From the IMG/VR virus record IMGVR_UViG_3300017971_000504: a stretch of DNA of 38,209 nt. One strand, 5' to 3'. Within the stretch, counting starts at the first letter, position 1. Every line of letters begins with the position of its first letter. The position numbers were made by a program, and so were the translations under genes. The DNA is from a virus. Under the pieces are notes generated by a model. It saw only the letters and a list, made by a program, of their open reading frames with translations. It was not told the origin of the DNA and made no database searches. This document shows positions 1 to 7,194 of the stretch, in pieces.

Positions 1-123
1 CAAGTCCGGTTATAACACCCCGGGCCCGGGTTAATGCATCGTTGGCGGCCTCGACTTTCGCCGCGTCAAGACGTGAAAACGTAAGCCCTAATTTCTCGGC
101 TTCGTCTGTTAATTCCTCAATTC
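1..123. repeat. terminal overlap copy 1, identical to 38087..38209 (circular closure of the contig)
   Basis: Read directly: all 123 bases are identical and in the same orientation at both window ends. The junction keeps the tape-measure frame open. Confidence 0.95.
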
Positions 124-673
124 CAACTTTACCCTGCTGGAACATATTTAATAATTGCATACCTTGACGGCCAAAAAAGTTATAAGCAATGCCGGCCTGT
201 TCAGCTGCTGTACCTGCCTCGGATATCCTTTCAGCTATCTCCATGAAAGCTTTCTCTGTACCCATCGAGATAACTTCATCAGCTGACATGCCGAGCATTT
301 CAAGGCCGCGGACACCCTCACCAATTCCGTGCTTCGCTTCACCCATCCGGCGGACAAATATTTCCAAACCCTTGTGCAGATTTTCAATACTTGTGCCGCT
401 TATTTTTGCCGCGTGTTCTAAACCGCCCAGGGCCTCCGTTGATATATGCAACTCGTCTGACATCTTAGCCATACGGTCTATAGATGACATCGTCTGCTTG
501 AGCAGATAACCTAAACCACCAATGCCGGCAAGCGCCAAAACGCTTGAAGCCATACGACGCATCGTCCTGCCTGTCGAGTCAAGGTCTTGACGAAAACCGG
601 CTATTACACCCTTGGCTTTATTCTCAGCTGAGAATTGAGCAACGATTCTGCGTTTTAAGTCACTTGCTGCCAT
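1..673 (-). CDS. tail tape measure protein, N-terminal part (gene wraps through the window ends)
   Basis: ATG at 673..671. My own translation is MAASDLKRRIVAQF...IDRMAKMSDELHISTEALGGLEHAAKISG...FFGRQGMQLL, which is typical of a TMP core. The frame stays open to base 1 and continues from 38086 into ORF 36786..38024. Joined length is 1974 nt, or 657 aa. Confidence 0.85.
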   Translation of the reverse strand, partial: MAASDLKRRIVAQFSAENKAKGVIAGFRQDLDSTGRTMRRMASSVLALAGIGGLGYLLKQTMSSIDRMAKMSDELHISTEALGGLEHAAKISGTSIENLHKGLEIFVRRMGEAKHGIGEGVRGLEMLGMSADEVISMGTEKAFMEIAERISEAGTAAEQAGIAYNFFGRQGMQLLNMFQQGKVGIEELTDEAEKLGLTFSRLDAAKVEAANDALTRARGVITGL

Positions 674-702
674 TTTTGTAAAACGTTTTTCCGATTAGTC
701 AT

Positions 703-850
703 TTACCAGGCAAAATATCGCCAATTTGCCAAAAACCCGGAATCAGGCCGTTATCAGCCTGATTCGAGGCCGTAGGACGCTCGTAGAGCAACTTTTTGGG
801 CTCCCTTAGTGTTATATTAACCATTTTTGCGATTTGGCCGAAATTAGACA
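703..850 (-). repeat. conserved intergenic leader element, copy A (upstream of the tape measure gene)
   Basis: Aligns by eye with 10948..11090 in the same orientation. The core is gaggcYgtaggaMgcYcgtagagcaacttttt..gctccMttagtgt..tttttgcgatttgR. Confidence 0.8.
741..764 (-). terminator. hairpin AATCAGGC-N8-GCCTGATT inside element A
   Basis: Perfect 8-bp stem. On the minus strand it is followed by CCGGGTTTTTGG, with the U-run offset by 5 nt. Copy B lacks an equivalent stem. Confidence 0.3.
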
Positions 851-892
851 CTTTTAACCCTTTTTAACAGTTTTTCAGTGAAAAGCTGAATT

Positions 893-1405
893 TTAGTCGT
901 TACCCATAGCGACAACGTCAATAATTGCCGAACCCGATCCGGCTGACACTTCAAGTCTTAAGTTTTTGTTTGTTGTCGTCACTATGCCCGCTGCTGTGGG
1001 ACATTGCCACAAATGAGAACAATCAGGCTTAAGCACATACTTGTCTGTGGTACCGCTCATAATCAAAAGACCGGCTGTCCCGCTAAAAAGAGAAACATCA
1101 AGTGTCGTTGATCTGTTGAATACATAGAGCAGTTTTATTGCTTCCATCGTTAAGGCGTTGCCGAAAACATCTTTAAGCGTTCCACTGTCATAAAGGTTTA
1201 ATGTCTGGTTTGCTCCCTGGGCAATTGTCAACTTCTCGTGAAATAATACATTCGACTGCTTTGCTCCTGTGCCGAATGTCCACTTGATTTTTGTTTCGAT
1301 ACTCAGGGCGTCGAGTGTTGCCTTTAACTTTGTTGACAGATTGTTTTCATAATCGATATCAAGCTTGATAATCGAATTGCCTGTTAGATTTGTGCCACTC
1401 GCCAT
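893..1405 (-). CDS. hypothetical beta-rich protein (170 aa) inserted between the chaperone and the tape measure
   Basis: Clean ORF. A GGGAA-like RBS lies about 10 nt upstream. I recognise no family motif. Confidence 0.6.
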   Translation of the reverse strand: MASGTNLTGNSIIKLDIDYENNLSTKLKATLDALSIETKIKWTFGTGAKQSNVLFHEKLTIAQGANQTLNLYDSGTLKDVFGNALTMEAIKLLYVFNRSTTLDVSLFSGTAGLLIMSGTTDKYVLKPDCSHLWQCPTAAGIVTTTNKNLRLEVSAGSGSAIIDVVAMGND

Positions 1406-1426
1406 TTTTTATATTCCCAAAATATA

Positions 1427-2130
1427 TTAAACCAGGCCATTCATAACATTTTTAATTTGCCTTCTACTCATTCGTCTGCTGTTGGCCGTTTCCGGGCTTG
1501 CAGTACCAATTAGTTTTTCAAACATTCTCCTGGCTTCCAACAAAGCCTGTGCGTTTCCTCTGGTTGCTTGCTCCATGTGCTTAGCCATCATAATTCTCAA
1601 TGTATCAGCCGGCTCACCTGTAGGCCAAAAATGTTCTGCGACATAAAGCTCTAAGACTTCGCATCCCGTATGTCGTTTACAGAATTCCGTTACACTGCAT
1701 TTGTATTCTCTGGCGGTTCGGACGAGCCATCGTCGCCAGGGGTCGTCAGTAAGTTTTTTAGTATTTCAGCCTGTGCCTCAATACCGTAACCGCTCAACTT
1801 CATTGCCGTCCTGCAGAGCGGCTCAAGCTCAACAGCTGGCAAGCCGGCAATTATAGTCAATTCATTATCTTCGAATACTCTGACACCATCTGCATCACGC
1901 ATCGTAAGTTGTATCAATTTGGCCGCTGCCAATTTTGCGATTGCCGGGTCGTTATTGTTCTTAACAAGACGCCATGACTCAAGGCCGTAAGATGATAGAC
2001 CGTGAATCCAAACTGTAACGCCGGCGATTTCCGCCTCCTCTTTTGGTATTTCATTTCGAAGATTCAAAATTTTTGTTTTGATTTCTTTTAAGCTTAACTG
2101 TTCTGAATTGTCTGACTTGTTCGTTTCCAT
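1427..2130 (-). CDS. tail assembly chaperone -1 frameshift fusion product (gpGT-like, about 234 aa)
   Basis: After the slip at 1759..1753, the -1 frame reads KKLTDDPWRRWLVRTAREYKCSVTEFCKRH...RRQIKNVMNGLV with no stop until TAA at 1429..1427. I translated this by hand. Confidence 0.65.
1690..2130 (-). CDS. tail assembly chaperone (lambda gpG-like, zero-frame product)
   Basis: Position between the major tail and tape measure genes. Acidic C-terminus. A slippery heptamer lies near the 3' end with an open -1 frame downstream. Confidence 0.7.
   Translation of the reverse strand: METNKSDNSEQLSLKEIKTKILNLRNEIPKEEAEIAGVTVWIHGLSSYGLESWRLVKNNNDPAIAKLAAAKLIQLTMRDADGVRVFEDNELTIIAGLPAVELEPLCRTAMKLSGYGIEAQAEILKNLLTTPGDDGSSEPPENTNAV
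1753..1759 (-). promoter_or_regulatory. programmed -1 ribosomal frameshift slippery heptamer A_AAA_AAC
   Basis: Minus-strand codons are CTA AAA AAC in the zero frame of ORF 1690..2130, which fits the X_XXY_YYZ pattern. Confidence 0.65.
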
Positions 2131-2133
2131 GTT

Positions 2134-2316
2134 TTATTTTTCCTTTTGCTTTTTCGCCGCCGTTTTTACTTTTACATAGCTACCGTTCAATAACAGTTTG
2201 GCGGCAAAAACTGTAATTTCCCGGCCAACCTCTTTTGTCTGACCTTTCGTGCCGGCCTGTGATGACGGACTCCGGACATCGGCCAGATATTCGATGACAT
2301 CGCCTTCTTTCAACAT
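2134..2316 (-). CDS. hypothetical small protein (60 aa)
   Basis: ORF tightly packed between the major tail and chaperone genes. No motif recognised. Confidence 0.5.
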   Translation of the reverse strand: MLKEGDVIEYLADVRSPSSQAGTKGQTKEVGREITVFAAKLLLNGSYVKVKTAAKKQKEK

Positions 2317-2329
2317 TGCTATTTACCCC

Positions 2330-2743
2330 TTATACTACGTCTGTGAACGTTGCACTTCCGCTAAGTGCAAAAGTGACATCTAATTCAACCGTTCCATCAC
2401 CCTCGCTGAATGATGGTGTCCCAAGAGATGAAATAATCGCATCAATTGAATGGCTGCTTGTGTCTGAATAAGTAATAAGCAAAGTACCTTTTGTGCGAGC
2501 CTGATATTTTGTATTGAGCGTGTTATAAACACCTCCGCTGCTTCCATCATAAACGATGTGAACAGTCACGTCACCTTCGTTTAATGCACCTGCTATTTTT
2601 TCGACCGCAGAATTCGTGCTGTCACAGCTTAAAATATCAATGATTCGGCATGACCGATTACCCGTAAGGCTCATTATCTCGCCGATTGTCGCACTATCAA
2701 AAGTTACTACTGTGCCGAGTGCAGTAATAGCGTTCGTTGCCAT
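2330..2743 (-). CDS. major tail (tube) protein
   Basis: 137 aa and beta-rich. Synteny position matches lambda V, upstream of the G/GT chaperone. The pattern resembles small siphovirus tube proteins. Confidence 0.65.
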   Translation of the reverse strand: MATNAITALGTVVTFDSATIGEIMSLTGNRSCRIIDILSCDSTNSAVEKIAGALNEGDVTVHIVYDGSSGGVYNTLNTKYQARTKGTLLITYSDTSSHSIDAIISSLGTPSFSEGDGTVELDVTFALSGSATFTDVV

Positions 2744-2780
2744 TGGTATTCTCCTTTAACAAATATTTAATTTTAATTCT

Positions 2781-3239
2781 TTATTGTCTGTAACCGCTAT
2801 CAATCGCAGTCCAATACTGAACCTGCACAGTGACCTCGGCCACGATACCACCTGTCATTATGGAAAAATTATCTTCCGGACAATCTATATTCAAAGCCAG
2901 CCCTCCGCAGGCCTGGCCTTTTACATTTCCCCTGAACATTACTCGACGAATTGTCTCACACATTCTGCATAAGTGAGTATCGGCTGCGGTATTAGCCGGC
3001 AATTCTCTTATGATTCCGTATATCTTCCACTCCGCAACTTCTTTTCTTTTCGAGCCTGCTTTTTCAAGTGTCACTTTGTCGATGATTTCAATTATTGCAT
3101 CGTTGTTTTTATAATCCTCGACATTCCAATCAACTATCGTAGGTCGTACAGCCGCCAGAGTGATTGTTTGGTCCTCGTCTTGAGCGCCATCTATAGCGTC
3201 TTTGATCCAAACTGCGATTCGTTCAACTATCGGTTCCAT
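2781..3239 (-). CDS. tail terminator (gpU-like position)
   Basis: 152 aa, lying between the gpZ-like and major tail genes. The call rests on synteny only. Confidence 0.45.
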   Translation of the reverse strand: MEPIVERIAVWIKDAIDGAQDEDQTITLAAVRPTIVDWNVEDYKNNDAIIEIIDKVTLEKAGSKRKEVAEWKIYGIIRELPANTAADTHLCRMCETIRRVMFRGNVKGQACGGLALNIDCPEDNFSIMTGGIVAEVTVQVQYWTAIDSGYRQ

Positions 3240-3790
3240 TTTCTCAATTCATATCCAACTTGCTGATTAATCATTTTTGCCATCTTATCACCGGCCGCAT
3301 CGGTCGCATCTTTTAAGAGGTCTTTTGAATTCGTTATCACTCTCCAGACTGATGGTCCACGCTGTTCACTTATAGGAAGTCTCGAGATCCCCTTCCTTTT
3401 ATAAACCCCGCGATGACCGCTTGACATTCTTTGAATAAAACCGTGCGGTAAAAGCTTGCGGCCTGTTGTTCTCATTATCCTATATGTCACACCGCGTTTC
3501 GTTTGTCTTGTCCCTGTGAAAGCAATCAAACCAGGTCTGAACTCGCCGGCTGATATAGTACCTGTCAAATTCGAATATGACGCCCTTCGTTTTTTTAATG
3601 CCTTGGCAATGTCACCTTTTCTTACATTCAATATACTGCCGACTCTGCGTTTTAAATCAACGGCTGCCGAATCAACAGCCCTGTTAATAGCACGAGTAAA
3701 TACCCTCGGCACAGCCCTCGGAATTGCTCTTAAAAGAAAAACAGCTTCCTTGAAACTTTTTTCGTCGAATTGTACTTTTACAGCCAACAT
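3227..3790 (-). CDS. tail completion protein, lambda gpZ-like
   Basis: AINRAVDSAAVDLKRRV..., LPHGFIQRMSSGHRGVYKRK, LPISEQRGP and VGYELRKW parallel blocks of lambda gpZ as I recall them (AINRVASSAISQ.., IPGAFIQQLKNGRWHVMQRV, YPIDVVKIP, LGYALQHQLR). Confidence 0.65.
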   Translation of the reverse strand: MLAVKVQFDEKSFKEAVFLLRAIPRAVPRVFTRAINRAVDSAAVDLKRRVGSILNVRKGDIAKALKKRRASYSNLTGTISAGEFRPGLIAFTGTRQTKRGVTYRIMRTTGRKLLPHGFIQRMSSGHRGVYKRKGISRLPISEQRGPSVWRVITNSKDLLKDATDAAGDKMAKMINQQVGYELRKWNR

Positions 3791-4134
3791 TAATGAGCCT
3801 CAAATGTCACCATGCCTGCGTCCTGTTCGATAATCCTTGCTAAATGAAAATTTCTTGCCGATTCACCCGATCTTGGCGGTGCACTTATTTTTTGCCCCGA
3901 TGTAAATTCACCAGGAGTGATACCAGTCGTTGAATTGTTAGCAACCTGAATCTCTATTCTTGGCCCTCGCCTTCTTTGAACCGGTTCAACAACATCATCA
4001 TCAGACACATATTCGATGATTAATGTTATATCCCGATCCAGAACACCAGGCTGATAAACACCCGCTATACCATACAAAGCTAATTGTATGGTCGCGTTTT
4101 GAACTAACATTTCATCAAACGTTTTTAAGGTCAT
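3790..4134 (-). CDS. head-tail adaptor/joining protein (FII-like position)
   Basis: Call rests on synteny. I prefer the start at M18 (ATG 4134..4132), which avoids a 47-nt overlap. The ORF track extends to 4185. Confidence 0.5.
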   Translation of the reverse strand: MTLKTFDEMLVQNATIQLALYGIAGVYQPGVLDRDITLIIEYVSDDDVVEPVQRRRGPRIEIQVANNSTTGITPGEFTSGQKISAPPRSGESARNFHLARIIEQDAGMVTFEAH

Positions 4135-4138
4135 TGAT

Positions 4139-4375
4139 CTAACCCAACATTTTTGAAATCGCTGCAAAAATTGAAATGCCGCCAAACGCTCCGGTCAATC
4201 CTGAGCCAACACACAAACCAATTAAACCCCATTTTGACGCAAGTATTGTCTTGCCGTGGGGACAAGATTGAATATGCCATTTTAAAACATCTGAAATGAC
4301 TTCCTTAGAAACTTTAGAAGCAACGTTCGTTACGACTTCGCGTATATAATTTGTGTCCTGTTCAGTTAGCGACAT
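4139..4375 (-). CDS. small membrane protein (78 aa)
   Basis: C-terminal hydrophobic stretch WGLIGLCVGSGLTGAFGGISIFAAI. Located between the capsid and adaptor genes. Confidence 0.55.
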   Translation of the reverse strand: MSLTEQDTNYIREVVTNVASKVSKEVISDVLKWHIQSCPHGKTILASKWGLIGLCVGSGLTGAFGGISIFAAISKMLG

Positions 4376-4406
4376 TTTTCTCTCGGTATAAAAATCAATG
4401 TATTAA

Positions 4407-4446
4407 GTATAGCCTGGTCGAACCGCCTTAACGCACCAGGCTATAC
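4407..4446 (-). terminator. 12-bp perfect stem-loop downstream of the major capsid gene
   Basis: GTATAGCCTGGT-N16-ACCAGGCTATAC. On the minus strand it is followed by TTAATACATTGATTTTTATACC, which is only a weak U tract. Confidence 0.45.
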
Positions 4447-4485
4447 CCGAACAAGTTAAACTCTTATGAAAAGAGCAAAAAACTT

Positions 4486-5442
4486 TTAGCTTAATGTCGC
4501 GTGTGCAGCATACTGCCAGTAACCATAGCCGACGTTTCGGACAGCCTTGATGCCGTACTGATGCATATTATTGTCAAACTCGAACTCGCTGCCTTCGGCT
4601 TTGGCACCTACGGAAATCTTTTCTTCCTCTTGTCTGATTAGTGCCTTGGCCGGTGCGTCTGTCCGGAATACGGCGAACTGTGTCGTAAATGTCAAACGCG
4701 GATTAGGAACAACGGAAACCTCAAAGCCTTCCTTTTTCAAGGCCTTAAGAACGTTCGATTCGTTGACGTTGCCAGGCTCACCCAATGTCGCATGAACCAG
4801 ATAGGGCCATAATGTCACGCTCGTCTGAACAATGAAGTTTTTGGCTTCCGAATTCATTGGTTCGCCCTGGTCATCTTTGTAACCGAGCATGTAAGCAATA
4901 ACGCCGAGTATCGCCTTGATTGCTTCTGTTACCGTCGGAGTTGTTGCTGTAGTGACATCGAGGGCCGCAACTTCACTGGAAGTAAGCAAATTCTTTTGAG
5001 TGCCACTTTCGCCCTCGCTATGGTCACTGTCAAAGAAGTATTGACCGTCATAGCAAAGACCGCTCGTCGATCCGGTACCGTTCAATATGAGCGTGCTTAA
5101 AAGCTTGCCCCAGTGTCCAACCGCTCTTTGAGCAAGCTCGGCTATACGAATGTCGATTTGGCCGGTTTTGTCACGGCGAATCCAGTCAGACAGAATATTC
5201 AAAGTAGCTTCGAACGTTTTGTTTTCAATCGTGATTCCGTTTTCGCGAAAACCTTTTGCCTGCCTGCCGCCAATCCATTCACGCATTGCCGGTACCATGC
5301 CAAGCCACTTGTAAGTCTCCGATGCCTGGTCCGAATCGAAATGAACCGACACAAGGTCAACCCACGACTTGCCTGTGTACTCCTCGAGCGCTGCAAAGAA
5401 TTTCCCAATTATCGCTCGACTTCCTAAACCTTGAGCTCCCAT
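4486..5442 (-). CDS. major capsid protein, Mu gpT-like
   Basis: ETYKWLGMVPAMREWIGGRQ...ITIENKTFEATLNI, CYDGQYFFDSDH and YGIKAVRNVGYGYWQYAA match Mu gpT blocks as I recall them (NTYGWLGKFPTLKEWVGKR..IANKTFEGTVGI, CYDGQNFFDKEH, YGVRSRCNVGFGFWQLA). Strong AGGAGA RBS. Confidence 0.85.
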   Translation of the reverse strand: MGAQGLGSRAIIGKFFAALEEYTGKSWVDLVSVHFDSDQASETYKWLGMVPAMREWIGGRQAKGFRENGITIENKTFEATLNILSDWIRRDKTGQIDIRIAELAQRAVGHWGKLLSTLILNGTGSTSGLCYDGQYFFDSDHSEGESGTQKNLLTSSEVAALDVTTATTPTVTEAIKAILGVIAYMLGYKDDQGEPMNSEAKNFIVQTSVTLWPYLVHATLGEPGNVNESNVLKALKKEGFEVSVVPNPRLTFTTQFAVFRTDAPAKALIRQEEEKISVGAKAEGSEFEFDNNMHQYGIKAVRNVGYGYWQYAAHATLS

Positions 5443-5490
5443 TTGTAGTCTCCTAAAAATAAGTTTTGTGATTTACCGCTTACAGCGGGC

Positions 5491-5530
5491 AACAAAAAAC
5501 GGCAAGCAGATTAACAGGCACCTGCTTGCC
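5491..5530 (-). terminator. Rho-independent terminator between the decoration-like and capsid genes
   Basis: GGCAAGCAG-N12-CTGCTTGCC, a 9-bp stem, followed on the minus strand by GTTTTTTGTT. Confidence 0.65.
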
Positions 5531-5643
5531 GTCATTGTTTTTTCGTCATCTTCCGACTGGCCTATCGGAAGAATCGCCCGGATTTTAATTTTTATAATAC
5601 GTCTAAAACTTTATGTCACTTAATGCAAATCAGCTTAAATTAA

Positions 5644-6405
5644 TTAAGCCTCTCTTGCCCATGTTCCACGCATGGCCTCTATAAACCAGCCGTCCGTTCC
5701 ATCCGCTACAAGAGTAACAAAATCGCCTCTTTGTGCCGTGGCCTTTGTGTTGACAAGGTCTTTATTGTCCGCTGCAGTAACATCATTGCCGTTAATTTGG
5801 TCGTTTGCGTTCGGGCTGATTGTAACAGCTACAGTACCGAACGAACCGGCATTGACTATTGTTACTTTGATACCTGCATCAGTGGCCGGCAGAGTGATTG
5901 TCTTTGCATCGGTGTCAACATAGATGATTTTACCGCCGTCCAGGGCGTCAACTGTATAGTTGTCACTCTTTGTTTCTCTGGCTTCGTTTGCACCGAATTC
6001 ATCATAACCAAGCGGATCGAACTCAACTTCCATTTTAGTTGCCGACACATAACGCGAAATCTTGCCAACATAGCTGTTGCCCGTTGCAACGAATGTATAT
6101 GTCGCATCATCGGAAGCATAGACCGGCTGTCCAACGTCCGTGATTAAACCGACAAGAGAAACAACGAGGCGATATTTGCCCGTGTAATGTTTTATGTTCT
6201 TGTCGCCGGCTGAACCGCTCGAATTGTCAACCTGCTCGATGTTGTGACCGACAAACTTGTCGCCGGCTACAAGCGGCCTTCCGTAACCGGCACCATTGTC
6301 ACCAACCATCGCACCTTCATAGACAATGTCCGAAGCGACGGCGGGAATTGAACCAATATTGCCCACCATTACATCAAGAGGGCTATCCGCTGTTAGAGTT
6401 GCCAT
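5644..6405 (-). CDS. head decoration/cement-like protein with an extra C-terminal domain
   Basis: The N-terminal roughly 125 aa resemble the DUF2190-type capsid cement fold pattern. Position is just upstream of the capsid gene, as for lambda D. The C-terminal roughly 110 aa domain is unrecognised. Confidence 0.45.
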   Translation of the reverse strand: MATLTADSPLDVMVGNIGSIPAVASDIVYEGAMVGDNGAGYGRPLVAGDKFVGHNIEQVDNSSGSAGDKNIKHYTGKYRLVVSLVGLITDVGQPVYASDDATYTFVATGNSYVGKISRYVSATKMEVEFDPLGYDEFGANEARETKSDNYTVDALDGGKIIYVDTDAKTITLPATDAGIKVTIVNAGSFGTVAVTISPNANDQINGNDVTAADNKDLVNTKATAQRGDFVTLVADGTDGWFIEAMRGTWAREA

Positions 6406-6476
6406 TAGCTTATCTCCTTACAAAGATTTACACTCGTTTATATTCTTGATCTCAGGCTCTGATTAGAACTTAAGAC

Positions 6477-7097
6477 TTACTTTTTTATTTTCAATAATGC
6501 TCTGTAAGCATTTGTCGAACGTTCTTTGTCACCGGCACCGTCCGCACTTAGAATATATCTTCTTATTGCCTTGACGATATTCAAGCTCTCGAACTCTATG
6601 TAAGCATTGACGTTTTTGAATTCGCTTTTCAGTGTTTCCGATTTTTCGAATTTGCCTTCACAAAGTTTTTTATTGACCGGCGACTTGCTCTTGTCGCTGA
6701 ACGGTATAACAAAAGGCAGTCTCAGATTTTTCTTTCCGGTCAAATTTTGATATGTACGCAAAGCACCTTCGGAGAACGGGTCATCAATATCAAGCATGAA
6801 GCCCGGGCCGGACGGCATTTTATTAACAACGTTAGCCGCTGACTGAACCAATGTTTCGTAAAGTTTAGGCAAACGTTTTTGTGCACTTTTCGCATCGGTT
6901 GTGTTTATAACACCGACAACAGCTTCCTCGATCTCATTGACCAGCTCCGGATATGCCTGTCTTAAAGACGAGGCATTTTCTATCTGAAAAGGTTTTCTCG
7001 CCTCGGCCTCAATTTCAGATACCAAAGCCGGAAAAGCTTCTTTGAGTTGTTGGGCGGTTTTTATTTCAATATCAGTTTTCTTGTCCTCTTTTGCCAT
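6477..7097 (-). CDS. scaffold-like protein
   Basis: Two copies of the L..(A/E)(F/Y)P.LV.EIE motif, which also occurs in the C-terminal part of the upstream protease-scaffold gene. Position is between the protease and capsid genes. Confidence 0.45.
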   Translation of the reverse strand: MAKEDKKTDIEIKTAQQLKEAFPALVSEIEAEARKPFQIENASSLRQAYPELVNEIEEAVVGVINTTDAKSAQKRLPKLYETLVQSAANVVNKMPSGPGFMLDIDDPFSEGALRTYQNLTGKKNLRLPFVIPFSDKSKSPVNKKLCEGKFEKSETLKSEFKNVNAYIEFESLNIVKAIRRYILSADGAGDKERSTNAYRALLKIKK

Positions 7098-7194
7098 TTT
7101 GTTACCTCGTTTTTAATTTGTGGTTATAAACTATTTTCAAAAAAAACAATCTCTTAATCATTGCCCACGTCGTCACTGAAAAACGAATCGTTTT

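Noticed and set aside
1-123. End repeats interpreted as biological direct terminal repeats or LTR-like ends
   Set aside because: The repeat lies inside the tape measure coding sequence and restores one continuous in-frame ORF when the ends are joined. This is typical of a circular assembly overlap.
189-509. Plus-strand 106-aa ORF
   Set aside because: It is antisense to the clearly recognisable tape measure N-terminal coding region, with low-complexity Ser/Pro/Ile composition.
741-800. Hammerhead-like ribozyme core in element A (CUGAUAA)
   Set aside because: The conserved CUGANGA box is not matched, with A in place of G. Copy B lacks the corresponding helix, and no GAAA or cleavage-site arrangement could be drawn.
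2784-3266. Plus-strand ORFs 2784..2972 and 2973..3266
   Set aside because: They are antisense to tightly packed tail genes in lambda order and have no supporting signals.
5672-6147. Alternative ORFs overlapping the decoration-like gene on both strands
   Set aside because: They are fully nested in a longer ORF that has a strong AAGGAGA RBS and a plausible fold pattern.
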